The notes under the pieces are model-generated. The model made no database searches and had not been told where the DNA came from. It was given only the letters and a program-made list of their open reading frames with translations. Positions 53,287 to 63,585 of a stretch of DNA of 64,000 nt are shown here, in pieces. Where the stretch lies: NCBI GenBank assembly GCA_050949525.1, contig JBMNFW010000001.1, positions 529 to 64,528 of the forward strand, written 5' to 3'. The translations under genes and the position numbers were made by a program. Every line of letters begins with the position of its first letter. Positions within the stretch are counted from its first letter, which is position 1. Source of the DNA: Patescibacteria group bacterium (lineage in GTDB: Bacteria > Patescibacteriota > Patescibacteriia > Patescibacteriales > UBA12465).

Positions 53287-56190
53287 TTAGTTTATATTTA
53301 TAGTTATTTCATTAGTATCTTTTTTTATACCACCCCAATCATAAAAACTGGCATATAATTTATAAGAGCCACTTTCAGGAATAGTAGTCCAATTAAACTC
53401 TATTGTTTTCTCAATAATATTGTTAAGACTTTTTATAAGTGTTTCATCATTATTACTAGATCTTAAAAAAAGATCTATTTTTGTTATTTGTTCTGGATTA
53501 GTACTAACCATTTTTATTGGTAAGGGAAAATCAGGGGAACTAATAGCTAGACCGCTGCTTGGATAAATTATATTTAAATTAATAGGTAATTTATTGCTAG
53601 ATTCTAATAATAAATTAAAATTAATAGTTTCTTCAGAACAATTTAAAACATCATCACAAACTTTTACTTTTAAATCATAATAGGCATTATCTAAAAAAGA
53701 TATATCTTTTTTAAGATTAAATGGGTAAGATATTTTTCTATCGAGCAAATTATTATTTAAATAATACTCCACTTTATAAATTCCACGTGGAGCACTAGCT
53801 TCTATATCTACATTTAAAATTTTATTGTTAAGGGTGGTTCCATTTTCAAAATTAATAATTGAAAAAACTGGTTTATTTTCTGGATCATAAATATTTTCAG
53901 CTTGATTAATAATATCGGGGTTATAATCCGGATCTTGTTTTTTAGCCCATTCTAAAATTCTATTTTCCCATAAATTAAATTGACTATCATTTTCTGGGTT
54001 TTTTGGTGCATCTCCTAGGGGATTATTTTTATCTACATAATATAATATAGAATGATGATCGGTAATAAATACTTCCTCTATATTTTCCTCATCATCATTT
54101 TCAGTAGCAATATTACCAGTTTCTTTATTAATTTTAATAGTTTTTCCTAATAATTCTCCATCTAAAATAGCTTTACCGGTTTTCTCAAATTCATAATTTT
54201 TAAAACTTTCATTTGGATATAATTCTAAAGCTCTTCTCATAAACTCATTCCAGATAGGAGCTGCTACTACACTACCATCAGCTCCTCGATTCATTTCCGA
54301 GTTATTATTATTTCCTACCCAAACCCCACTTACTAAGGATGGGGTATAACCAATAGTCCAAGCATCCCTAAAATCATTAGTAGTTCCAGTTTTAGCTGCT
54401 GAAATTCTATTAGGTAAAACTAAATTATTTCTTTCTCCAAAAATAAAACTTCGGTTTTCGTTATTTGAAAGTATGGAGTTTATCATTCGAGCTACATTAG
54501 TATCTAAAACTTTTTTTCTTTTTTCATGAAACTCTTCTAGAGTTTTTCCATTAGCATCCTCTACTTTCAAGATAGCTGTTATGGGGCTAATTTCTCCTTC
54601 GCAGGCAAAGATACTATAAGCGTTAACATGTTCTAATAGTTTAACCTCTCCACCACCTAAAACTAATGATAATCCATATCTATCAGGATCATTTAAGGTT
54701 GAGTAACCAGCCTCTTGAGCTAAAGAGACAAGTTCTCTAACTCCACCTAGATAAAGAACTTTCACAGCTGGAACATTTAAAGATCCAGCTAAGGCCTTTT
54801 TAATACTTATTGGTCCTTGTTCTTGATTATTATAGTTACGCGGTTCATAGGCTTTTCCCGAAGCTGAAAAATTAGTAACTACATCATAAATAATAGTTTC
54901 CGGATTATAACCACCTTTAGTAAATAAATTAGCATAAGCTAATGGTTTTAAAGAGGATCCTGGTTGACGGGGTCTAACAGCTACATTAACTTGACCATCA
55001 ATTTCTTGGTCAAAATAGTTTTTAGAACCAACCATGGCTAATATTTGTCCATTTTTAGGATCAATAGCTACTAATGCAGCATTACTAGCTTGATATTTAG
55101 ATTCATTAATTTCTGCTTGATTTTTAATAGCCTCTTCAGCTATTTTTTGTTTTTCAATATCAATAGTAGAATATATTTTTAACCCTCCTTGTTCTAAGGT
55201 TTTTTCTCCATATTTTTCTGATAAAATTTCTTTAAGATACATTACAAAATGAGGTGCGATGATATTAGTTTCTGGTCCTTTAAAGGATAGTTGATATTTT
55301 TTAGCTTCTTCTTTTTCTTGTTCACTAATATATCCTTGTTCATGCATTAAATCTAAAATATATTGTTGTCGTCCAATTAGTAGATTCTTATTAGGTCCAT
55401 AAGGAGAGTATCTACTAGGAGATTGGGGTAAAGCTGCTAATAGGGCACTTTCTGCTAGATTTATATCTCGGGCTGATTTACCAAAATATTTTTGACTAGC
55501 TGCTTCAATTCCATAAGCATTAGACCCATAAGGAATTTCATTTAAATACATTTGTAAAATTTCATCTTTTGAGAATTTTTTTTCTAATCTTTGAGCTAGT
55601 AATATTTCTTTTATTTTTCTAATATAATTTTTTTTAGGGCTTAATAAGGCGTTTTTTATAAATTGTTGTGTTAAGGTTGATCCGCCAGCTTTTCGATGGT
55701 AGATAACATTAGTAACCATAGTTCTAAGCATAGCTCCAATACTAAAACCTTTATGTTTATAAAAATTTTTATCTTCAATAGCGATAGTGGCTTTTTTAGC
55801 ATGATCCGGAATTTCTTCTAAATTAATTAAGGTTCTTTTTTCTTCTCCATGAAATTCATAAAGTATGTGTTCTCCACTTCGATCATAAATAGTGGTGCTT
55901 TGAGCTATTTCTCGTTCAATTAATTGATTAGGGTTGGGAAGATTTTTTGAAATAATAGAGATAAAAATTAAAACAATAATAGCTAAAATTAAAAACAAAA
56001 CAAAAAGAACCGAAAGAGTTTTTTTATTAAAAATAAAAGAGAAAATCTTTTGATTAGTGGTTTTTTTTCTACCCTTATTTTTTTTATAGTTTCCTTTTTT
56101 GGGTTTTTTATTATTACTTGAAAAAGTTTTTAAGGGCTTAGGTTGATAATAATTTGGTTTTATTGGTTTTTTATTAAAAGATGAAGACAT
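53287..56190 (-). CDS. Bifunctional class A penicillin-binding protein (PBP1A type) with long C-terminal extension
   Basis: GT51 motif IAIEDKNFYKHKGF, TPase SxxK (GSSLKP), SxN (GSLNVP), KTGT (AKTGTTND); about 250-aa extra beta-rich C-terminus. Confidence 0.9.
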   Translation of the reverse strand: MSSSFNKKPIKPNYYQPKPLKTFSSNNKKPKKGNYKKNKGRKKTTNQKIFSFIFNKKTLSVLFVLFLILAIIVLIFISIISKNLPNPNQLIEREIAQSTTIYDRSGEHILYEFHGEEKRTLINLEEIPDHAKKATIAIEDKNFYKHKGFSIGAMLRTMVTNVIYHRKAGGSTLTQQFIKNALLSPKKNYIRKIKEILLAQRLEKKFSKDEILQMYLNEIPYGSNAYGIEAASQKYFGKSARDINLAESALLAALPQSPSRYSPYGPNKNLLIGRQQYILDLMHEQGYISEQEKEEAKKYQLSFKGPETNIIAPHFVMYLKEILSEKYGEKTLEQGGLKIYSTIDIEKQKIAEEAIKNQAEINESKYQASNAALVAIDPKNGQILAMVGSKNYFDQEIDGQVNVAVRPRQPGSSLKPLAYANLFTKGGYNPETIIYDVVTNFSASGKAYEPRNYNNQEQGPISIKKALAGSLNVPAVKVLYLGGVRELVSLAQEAGYSTLNDPDRYGLSLVLGGGEVKLLEHVNAYSIFACEGEISPITAILKVEDANGKTLEEFHEKRKKVLDTNVARMINSILSNNENRSFIFGERNNLVLPNRISAAKTGTTNDFRDAWTIGYTPSLVSGVWVGNNNNSEMNRGADGSVVAAPIWNEFMRRALELYPNESFKNYEFEKTGKAILDGELLGKTIKINKETGNIATENDDEENIEEVFITDHHSILYYVDKNNPLGDAPKNPENDSQFNLWENRILEWAKKQDPDYNPDIINQAENIYDPENKPVFSIINFENGTTLNNKILNVDIEASAPRGIYKVEYYLNNNLLDRKISYPFNLKKDISFLDNAYYDLKVKVCDDVLNCSEETINFNLLLESSNKLPINLNIIYPSSGLAISSPDFPLPIKMVSTNPEQITKIDLFLRSSNNDETLIKSLNNIIEKTIEFNWTTIPESGSYKLYASFYDWGGIKKDTNEITININ

Positions 56191-56283
56191 AATTATATTT
56201 TATTTGTATATAACTTATTTTATCAAAAGGAAACTTTTTCGGCAACCTATCTTTTTTGTTTTTTTTTAGTTATAATATGACAT

Positions 56284-57384
56284 ATGTTAAAGAAAATAGT
56301 TTTGATTTCAATCTTTCTTTTTTTTCCATTTTTTTGTTTAGCTGAGGATGATCAAATTTTTAATGCTAAGGTTCTTGATATTATTGAAGAAGTGGAAAAA
56401 GAGAGCTCTCAAGGGGGGTCTATTATTCAGCAAAATTTAAAATTAGAGGGTTTGGAAGGCGATTTTAAAGAAAAGGAATTTGTCTTTTATGGTATCGGAG
56501 ATATTGAGGTTATTGGTATGAAAAATTATAAAGTGGGCGATAAGGTTCTAGTTATTGCTACCCCAAAAGATTCTTCAGGAGAGTATAATTATTATATAAC
56601 TGGGAAAAATAGAAGTCAGGAATTAATAATAGTTTTTCTTTCTTTTTTAATTTTATTATTAATAATTGGAGGTTGGAAGGGTTTTAGATCAATACTATCT
56701 TTAATTTTAACTTTCGTAATTATTATATTTTTTATGATACCCCAAATCATCGCTGGGGTTAATCCAGTTTTTATTGTATTAATTAGTTCGATATTTATTT
56801 TAATTTTTATAGTTTATTTAACCGAAGGTTTTAATTTACGATCTCATTTAGCCGTTGGATCTATTTTTTTAAGTTTAATTTTAGTGGTTGCTATTTCTTC
56901 TTTATTTATATTTATCACTGGATTAAGTGGGGCTTTTAGTGAGGATGTTTTTGCTTTAATTAGTATTGGTCAACAATCTTTAAGTTTAAAAGGATTATTA
57001 TTGGCCGGAATGATTATTGGGGCTTTAGGAGTTTTAGATGATGTGGTTATTTCTCAAATTGTTTCGGTAGAAAAAATTATTGAAGCTAATCCTTACCAAA
57101 GTCGAAAAGAGGTTTTTAAAAAAGCTCAAGCAATTGGCGTTTCTCATATTAGCTCTATGACTAATACTCTATTTTTAGCTTATGCTGGCGCTTCTCTACC
57201 TTTGCTTATTCTGTTTGTTGATGATAATAATCCTTTCACTAGTTTTAGTCAGATTATTAATAATGAGGCGGTGAGTACTGAGATAGTTCGAGCTATTAGT
57301 GGTAGTATCGGCATTCTTTTAGCGGTTCCGATTGCTACTTTTATAGCTTCTTGGGTTTTTGTTTATAAAAATAATAAAAAATAA
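56284..57384 (+). CDS. YibE/F-family membrane protein
   Basis: Signal/TM, extracytoplasmic domain, then about 7 TM with GALGVLDDVVISQ motif. Confidence 0.65.
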   Translation: MLKKIVLISIFLFFPFFCLAEDDQIFNAKVLDIIEEVEKESSQGGSIIQQNLKLEGLEGDFKEKEFVFYGIGDIEVIGMKNYKVGDKVLVIATPKDSSGEYNYYITGKNRSQELIIVFLSFLILLLIIGGWKGFRSILSLILTFVIIIFFMIPQIIAGVNPVFIVLISSIFILIFIVYLTEGFNLRSHLAVGSIFLSLILVVAISSLFIFITGLSGAFSEDVFALISIGQQSLSLKGLLLAGMIIGALGVLDDVVISQIVSVEKIIEANPYQSRKEVFKKAQAIGVSHISSMTNTLFLAYAGASLPLLILFVDDNNPFTSFSQIINNEAVSTEIVRAISGSIGILLAVPIATFIASWVFVYKNNKK

Positions 57385-58191
57385 ATGAGTTTAGAAATTA
57401 CTAGTTTTTCTAATCCGAAAATAAAATTAATAAAAAAACTTTTAAAAAATTCTTCTTTACGACAAAAGGAGGGCTTAGTTATTATTGATGGAAAAAGAGA
57501 AATAAATGAAGCTCTTCAATTTGGTTGGATAATAGAAGAGTTATTTTTTTCTCCTGATATTATTAATAAACAAGATAGTTCAGATTTTTTAAATTATTTT
57601 TTAAAAAACAGTAAAAATTCTTATCAATTAAATAAAAATATTTTCAATAGTATTTCTTATAAAAAAAGTCCCGATGGTTTTTTAGCAGTTTTGAGGTCAC
57701 GTTTTTTAAAATGGGATGACTTAAAAATTAAAAAGAACCCATTTGTTTTAATTTTAGAAACAGTCGAAAAACCGGGAAATTTAGGGGCTATAATTAGAAC
57801 CGCTCAAGCTTCAGAGGTTGATTTGTTAATATTAGTTGATCAAAAAACAGATCTTTATAGTCCTAATGTTATTAGAGCTAGTACTGGTTTTGTTTTTTCT
57901 TTACCAATTATAATATCTTCGTATCAGGAAGCTCTTGATTGGTGTCAGGATAGGGAGATAAAAATATTTAGTACCGCTCTTAGAGCTGATAAAAGTTGTT
58001 TTGAAGTTGATTTTTCTTCTCCGACAGCTGTGGTTTTTGGTAGTGAGGCCACTGGACTTAGCCCAGTTTGGCTTGAATCTAAAGATCAAATTAGTATTCC
58101 AATGAAAGCCGGTATTGATTCTTTAAATGTTTCTGTTAGTGTGGGAATTATATCTTATGAAGCTTGGCGACAAAGAAATTTTTTAAAATAA
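57385..58191 (+). CDS. TrmH/SpoU-family RNA 2'-O-methyltransferase
   Basis: EKPGNLGAIIRTA, VVFGSEATGLS, IPMKAGIDSLNVS SPOUT motifs. Confidence 0.8.
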   Translation: MSLEITSFSNPKIKLIKKLLKNSSLRQKEGLVIIDGKREINEALQFGWIIEELFFSPDIINKQDSSDFLNYFLKNSKNSYQLNKNIFNSISYKKSPDGFLAVLRSRFLKWDDLKIKKNPFVLILETVEKPGNLGAIIRTAQASEVDLLILVDQKTDLYSPNVIRASTGFVFSLPIIISSYQEALDWCQDREIKIFSTALRADKSCFEVDFSSPTAVVFGSEATGLSPVWLESKDQISIPMKAGIDSLNVSVSVGIISYEAWRQRNFLK

Positions 58192-58201
58192 ATAATTATA
58201 T

Positions 58202-59176
58202 ATGAATTGGTTAACATTAACTATTATTTCTTATCTATTACTTGCTTTTGTTAATTTGGGTGACAAATTTGTGATGGATAAAATTCTGGGCGATAGTCGA
58301 GTTTATGCTTTTACTGTAGCAATTTTAAGCTTGATAGTTGTCATTATTGCTCCTTGGTTTTTAAAGTGGCCGGGATTATTTCTTTTTTTAATAAATATTT
58401 TAGCGGGCACATTTTTCATTTTTGCTTTATGGACTATGTATGAAGCTTTAAAAAAAGGTGAAGCTTCTCGAGTAGTAGTGGTAATAGGGAGTATAGTACC
58501 AATTTTTACTTTATTTTTTTCTTTAATTTTATTTAAAGAAAATTTTACTTTAAATCAATGGTTTGGAATGTTTTTTCTATTAGCTGGAATGTTGCAAATG
58601 TCTTTAATTGTTAGTCGAAGAACAAAATGGTCTACATTTACTAAAAGGACTTTATCAGTTTTTTCTGGTAAGTATAAAAAGAAGTGGATATTTTTATCAA
58701 TTTTATCAGCTTTTCTCTACGCGGTATTTTTTATTAGTACTAAATATGCTTATAGTCAACAAGAATTTTTGAGTGCTTTTATTTGGACTAGATTGGGTGG
58801 ACTTTTACCGGCAGCTTTATTTTTAATTGATAAATCTAGTCGAAAAATTATTTTAGAAAGTTTTAAACCTAAAAAGAAAAGACCAAGATTATTAAGACTT
58901 AGGAAAGAAAAAAAGCCTCGAAAGTTTTTAGTAATTTTAAATCAGGGTTTAGGTTCGCTAGCTGCTTTATTACAAAATTATGCTATTTATTTAGGGCCAG
59001 TAGCTATAATTAATGCTTTACAAGGGATTCAATACGCTTTTTTATTACTTTTAGGTATATTTTTTTCCTTTTTCTTTCCTAAGATTTTAAAGGAGGATAT
59101 TTCTAAAAAGGTTTTAATAAAAAAAAGTACCGCTATAGTTTTAGTTGGTATTGGTCTTTATTTAATATTAAAATAA
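58202..59176 (+). CDS. EamA/DMT-like membrane transporter
   Basis: 324 aa, about 10 TM in two halves separated by a basic loop. Confidence 0.5.
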   Translation: MNWLTLTIISYLLLAFVNLGDKFVMDKILGDSRVYAFTVAILSLIVVIIAPWFLKWPGLFLFLINILAGTFFIFALWTMYEALKKGEASRVVVVIGSIVPIFTLFFSLILFKENFTLNQWFGMFFLLAGMLQMSLIVSRRTKWSTFTKRTLSVFSGKYKKKWIFLSILSAFLYAVFFISTKYAYSQQEFLSAFIWTRLGGLLPAALFLIDKSSRKIILESFKPKKKRPRLLRLRKEKKPRKFLVILNQGLGSLAALLQNYAIYLGPVAIINALQGIQYAFLLLLGIFFSFFFPKILKEDISKKVLIKKSTAIVLVGIGLYLILK

Positions 59177-59177
59177 T

Positions 59178-60188
59178 ATGAAAACAAAGAAGGTGACAGG
59201 TTTTATTATAATATTCTTATTAATAATATTATTCTTAGTTTATGTTTTTAAGGTAGCTAAACATTATCCTGAAAAAATTGATTTAAATATTTCAAGTGAT
59301 TCTTTGGGAGTGACCTATTCTAAGAAACAGGCTAAAAATTTAGGTTTAGATTGGAAAGAAGCCTATCTTAATATTTTAGATGATTTAGGAGTTAAAAAAA
59401 TTCGAATTCCAGTTCACTGGGACGAAATTGAAATGGAGAAAGATCAGTTTGATTTTTCTGATTATGATTTTTTAATTAAAGAGGGAGAAAAAAGAGATGT
59501 AGAATTTATTCTTAATATTGGAGCTCGAACTGCTCGTTGGCCAGAATGTCATTTTCCCGATTGGATTGATTCATCAGATTCAGAATTCTTAGAGGAGAGA
59601 ATAAAAATAATGTTAGAGAAAACTATTTATCATTTTAAGGATTTTTCCTCCATTGCGTATTGGCAACTGGAAAATGAACCATTTTTAAATTCTTTTGGTC
59701 TTTGTCCAAGAGCTAGTTATGATTTTTTACAAGAAGAATTATTATTGTTAAGAAGTCTTGATAATCGGCCGGTTATTATTTCTGCCACCGGAGAATTAAG
59801 TTTATGGAAACGAGAAAGTCAGATAGCTGATGTTTTTGGAACCACTATGTATCGTGTGGTGCATAACAAGTTTTTAGGCTATCTTAAATATCCTTATACT
59901 AGTGAGTTTTATAGTAAAAAAGCTAAGATGAATAAACTAGATTTTAATCGAGTATTCATTATTGAACTTCAGGCTGAACCTTGGCTTAATTTTGAAAAAA
60001 TTTTAGATCCTAATGATAAATCTTATCTTAAATCAGCTAGCCTGGATCAAATTAAAGCTAATATTCAGGTAGCTCAAAATACTAAGTTTTCTCGGATCTA
60101 TCTTTGGGGAGTAGAATGGTGGTACTTAAGACATAGTGTGATGAATGATAGTTCTTATTGGGACTTGGCCAAAAATTTATTTAGATAA
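59178..60188 (+). CDS. Membrane-anchored putative clan GH-A (TIM-barrel) glycoside hydrolase
   Basis: N-terminal TM; IRIPVHWDEIE and acid/base-like WQLENEP motif. Confidence 0.5.
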   Translation: MKTKKVTGFIIIFLLIILFLVYVFKVAKHYPEKIDLNISSDSLGVTYSKKQAKNLGLDWKEAYLNILDDLGVKKIRIPVHWDEIEMEKDQFDFSDYDFLIKEGEKRDVEFILNIGARTARWPECHFPDWIDSSDSEFLEERIKIMLEKTIYHFKDFSSIAYWQLENEPFLNSFGLCPRASYDFLQEELLLLRSLDNRPVIISATGELSLWKRESQIADVFGTTMYRVVHNKFLGYLKYPYTSEFYSKKAKMNKLDFNRVFIIELQAEPWLNFEKILDPNDKSYLKSASLDQIKANIQVAQNTKFSRIYLWGVEWWYLRHSVMNDSSYWDLAKNLFR

Positions 60189-60189
60189 T

Positions 60190-60921
60190 ATGATTTCTAT
60201 AATAATCCCAACTTTAAATGAAGAGCAGTATATCCCTATTTTGTTAGAAGATTTAAAAAATCAAAGTTATCAAGATTATGAGATTATTATCTCTGATGCT
60301 TGTTCTGAGGATCGGACAATTGAGATAGCTAAAAAATATCATTGTTCAGTGATAGTAGCTAATAAAGATGAGCGCCACCCTTCAATTCAAAGAAATAAAG
60401 GAGCTAAAATAGCTCAAGGAGATGTAATTTTATTTTTAGATGCTGATACTAGTTTATTAGATAGAGATTTTTTAATGAAAGCGATAAATGATTTTCAACA
60501 AAGAAATTTAGGTGTTGCTGGTTTTTATTTAAGTTTTCCTTCTTCTAAGTTTTTTTATCGTTTTTATTATTGTCTTTATAATGGTTTAGCTTTTTTAGCT
60601 CAACGAATTAAACCTTTAGCAGTTGGGGCGGGCTTGATGGTTAAAAAAAGTCTTCATGATGAAATTGGGGGTTTTGATGAAAGTATTTTTATTGGTGAGG
60701 ATCAGGTTTATTGTGAAAAGCTTTCTAAGAAAGCTAAGTTTCGTTTAATTAAAGGAACTAAAATAGTTTTTTCTATTCGAAGATTTGAAAAAGTTGGTCC
60801 TTGGAAAATGTTAGCTCGCTTAGTTTATAGTACTTCTTATGTTCTTCTTTTTGGTCCCATTAAAAAGAAAATAGTTAAATATGATTTTGGAGTTTTTGGG
60901 AATAAAAAGAAAAATGAGTGA
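60190..60921 (+). CDS. Family-2 glycosyltransferase
   Basis: Start at MISIIIPTLNEEQYI (2 nt after previous stop); ILFLDADT DxD motif; GEDQVYC. Confidence 0.8.
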   Translation: MISIIIPTLNEEQYIPILLEDLKNQSYQDYEIIISDACSEDRTIEIAKKYHCSVIVANKDERHPSIQRNKGAKIAQGDVILFLDADTSLLDRDFLMKAINDFQQRNLGVAGFYLSFPSSKFFYRFYYCLYNGLAFLAQRIKPLAVGAGLMVKKSLHDEIGGFDESIFIGEDQVYCEKLSKKAKFRLIKGTKIVFSIRRFEKVGPWKMLARLVYSTSYVLLFGPIKKKIVKYDFGVFGNKKKNE

Positions 60922-60924
60922 CCT

Positions 60925-61016
60925 GGGGAGAGTCATTCATGAGACGATCTAGTGAACTGTCTGTGAATTGTGATTGCGAATTAAGTGTTGACGAAAGGAG
61001 TTACTAGATCTGATAA
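60925..61016 (+). ncRNA. Relatively GC-rich structured element (candidate sRNA/3'-UTR element) containing a 22-codon sORF
   Basis: 12-bp stem GATCTAGT(G)AACT 60946-60958 / AGTTACTAGATC 60999-61010. GGGGAGAG SD-like + ATG 60939..TAG 61007 = MRRSSELSVNCDCELSVDERSY. GC clearly above neighbouring spacers by eye. Confidence 0.35.
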
Positions 61017-61044
61017 AGTCTTAGATTGTTCTAAGGCTTTTTTA
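61017..61044 (+). terminator. Rho-independent terminator (+ strand), overlapping the 3' end of the convergent PMM gene
   Basis: AGTCTTAG-attgtt-CTAAGGCT + T6; its only non-WC pair is G.U on the + strand. Confidence 0.6.
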
Positions 61045-62407
61045 TTATTTTTAATATTTCCTCTGTTTTTTCTTTCATAGTTTTACTACTTCTGGCTTCC
61101 AAGTTTAATCTAATAAGGTTCTCAGTGTTAGAAGCACGAAGATTAAACCAAAAATCATCAAATTCGATACTTAATCCATCTAATTTATTGATTTTTCCTT
61201 GTTTGTATTTCTTTTCTACTCTCTCTAAAACCTTTTCTTTATCATTAACCTTATTATTTATTTCCCCTGAGTGATAATATTTTTTTAGGGGAGCTATTTG
61301 CTCTGATATTTTTAAGGGTGATTGAGAAAACTCTTCTAATAATTTTAAAATTACAATATTAGGAACTTCAAAACACCCAATTGGGAGGTTAAGGAAAAAA
61401 TGACCAGATGATTCCCCAGAAAAATAGATATTTTCTTTTAACATTTGTTCTTTTATTAAAGAATGTCCTACTCTGGTTTTAACTGGAATTCCACCAAATT
61501 CTAAAATTAGATCTTCACTTATTTTTCCAGGACGAACATCAAATCCAATTTTAGATCCTGGCTTATCTTTTAAGAATATTTTAGCTAATAGTCCTCGAAT
61601 AATAGCTGGATCAATTAATTCTCCTTGATCATCAATGAAGAATATTCTATCGCCATCTCCATCAGTACTAATTCCTAAATCAGCTTTATTTTTTAAAACT
61701 TCTTGTTTAATTTGTTTAAGATTTTCCTCTTTTAAGGGATCAGCCTCATGAGCCGGAAAATTTCCATCTAATTGAAAATTTATTTTCTTTAATTTAACCG
61801 GTAAATGTTTAAATAGCTCTTTTAGGTATAGGGCTCCCACTGCATTAGCTGGATCAGCTACAATTTTTAGAGGTTTAATGTTTTTAACTTTAGCTATTTT
61901 TAAATCATATTTAATCTGTTCCTCCAAAACATTTTTTTGATCTATTACTTTACCTTTTTTCTCAGCTGGATTTAAATTTCCTTTTAAGATTTCTTCTTTT
62001 AAAAAATTAATACCCGTTTCACCACTAACCGGAATAGCTCTTTCTCTAGTTATTTTAAAACCATTCCATTCTTTAGGATTATGAGAAGCGCTAACCATTA
62101 TTCCTCCATCATAATTATATTTAGCTACGGCAAAATAGAAGGTGGGAGTTGAGGCTAGACCAATATCAATTACTTTAGCTCCACCATCTACCAATCCTTT
62201 GATTAAACTCTTTTTTAAAATTGGTGATGACAATCTTTTATCAGCGGCTACTACGATTTTTAATTGTTTTGAATTTCCTTTTAAGTCTTGATTTCGGAGT
62301 TTTAAATAGGCTAAGCCAAGTTGATAAGCAGTGTGGTGATCAAAGTCTTTTTGGTAGATACCTCTAATATCGTAGGCTTTAAAAATTTTAGGATTGACTT
62401 TCAACAT
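61031..62407 (-). CDS. Phosphomannomutase/phosphoglucomutase family enzyme
   Basis: Active-site MVSASHNPKEWNG, metal site STDGDGDRIFF, sugar loop GESSGH. Confidence 0.85.
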   Translation of the reverse strand: MLKVNPKIFKAYDIRGIYQKDFDHHTAYQLGLAYLKLRNQDLKGNSKQLKIVVAADKRLSSPILKKSLIKGLVDGGAKVIDIGLASTPTFYFAVAKYNYDGGIMVSASHNPKEWNGFKITRERAIPVSGETGINFLKEEILKGNLNPAEKKGKVIDQKNVLEEQIKYDLKIAKVKNIKPLKIVADPANAVGALYLKELFKHLPVKLKKINFQLDGNFPAHEADPLKEENLKQIKQEVLKNKADLGISTDGDGDRIFFIDDQGELIDPAIIRGLLAKIFLKDKPGSKIGFDVRPGKISEDLILEFGGIPVKTRVGHSLIKEQMLKENIYFSGESSGHFFLNLPIGCFEVPNIVILKLLEEFSQSPLKISEQIAPLKKYYHSGEINNKVNDKEKVLERVEKKYKQGKINKLDGLSIEFDDFWFNLRASNTENLIRLNLEARSSKTMKEKTEEILKIIKKP

Positions 62408-63524
62408 TTTTCTTTTTAATTAAGTGGTAAGCTAGTCCTAATCCTAAGATAGCTGAGATTAAACTAAAGAAACCTCCAAGATAAGGAAGACTTAATAAAA
62501 TTGATATTATTAAAACACTTAAGAAAATTTGTAATATTTCTGGCATTTTAATTTTCCAACGTTCTGAAGCATAAGTTGATAAGCTAAGAGCAATTAATAC
62601 TTTTCCTAAGTACATGGCTAGTATCCAGAGAGCTAAAAATATTATAGCTAGTGGAATAGCAATTACAGTCATTAGTAAAGCTATGAAAATAAAGGGTCCA
62701 GTAATTAATAATATTATTCCGGGTAAAAATAATTGACGATTATTTTTAATAATAATATTATTTAATTTTTTGGTTTTATCTTTAAGAAAAAGGAAGAAGA
62801 ATAGAGCTAATAAGAAAGATGATAAACTTAGATAAAGAATACTTCGAACTCTAGAGCTAAAAGTTTTATACTTAACTGGCTCTTTTTGTAAAATTTCTCC
62901 ACTTATATTTTGGCTTTTAATTTGAGCCTCTTGTCCGGATTGATAACTGAGATTACCTAAGATTTGAGCTGATTCTTCTATTTGTAATGAATTATAATAA
63001 CGATTTTTTTTGTAATGATCTAACTTTATATTTACATCTTTTCCAATAATTCCTCGAATAAGAGATTGATTAGCTCCTCCTCTAAGATGTCCATTAATTT
63101 GACCATTGAATTCAGAGTTAACAGCTAAGAATAATAAATCTTGGTTTAAAACAGAATTGCTCTCTAAAATTAAATTTTCTGATAACAGGTTAGTATTTTT
63201 TTCTACTTTTCCTGAAATAGTAGTGTTGCTAGCGATGGATCTAAGGTTTCCCATAATCTCACCATCCATTTTTAAACTTTCACTAATAGTAATAAGGTCT
63301 CCTCCTATTTTACCATTAATTTGAATATTATTAGCTGCTCCAATTAAATCTCCTAAAACCTCTCCCTCAACAGTGACGCTTTTTCCAATAAAATAAAGAT
63401 TACCTTCAACAATTTCATCTTTGGCAATGTAAATAAAATCTTTAACTCTAGTAGTGTGAGCTTTAGAGCTAAAAGGAAATAAAAGGAAAACTAGTAAAAA
63501 CAGTAAATAATACTTTTTTTTCAT
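62388..63524 (-). CDS. Membrane protein with bactofilin-like beta-helix repeats and C-terminal TM bundle
   Basis: Start at MKKKYYLLFLLVFLLFPFSSKA; repeats VEGEVLGDLIGAANNIQINGKIGGDLITISESLKMDGEIMGNL; 4 C-terminal TM helices. Confidence 0.55.
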   Translation of the reverse strand: MKKKYYLLFLLVFLLFPFSSKAHTTRVKDFIYIAKDEIVEGNLYFIGKSVTVEGEVLGDLIGAANNIQINGKIGGDLITISESLKMDGEIMGNLRSIASNTTISGKVEKNTNLLSENLILESNSVLNQDLLFLAVNSEFNGQINGHLRGGANQSLIRGIIGKDVNIKLDHYKKNRYYNSLQIEESAQILGNLSYQSGQEAQIKSQNISGEILQKEPVKYKTFSSRVRSILYLSLSSFLLALFFFLFLKDKTKKLNNIIIKNNRQLFLPGIILLITGPFIFIALLMTVIAIPLAIIFLALWILAMYLGKVLIALSLSTYASERWKIKMPEILQIFLSVLIISILLSLPYLGGFFSLISAILGLGLAYHLIKKKNVESQS

Positions 63525-63585
63525 AATTTTGTTTTTTATTATTTTATAAGTTATAATGACTCTGTTATTATTATAACTCAAAATA

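Noticed and set aside
60925-61016. SRP (4.5S) RNA identity for the GC-rich element
   Set aside because: It lacks the conserved helix-8 features (a GNRA-closed stem with AGCA/GGAA-type symmetric loop, and GGAAGCAGCC-like sequence).
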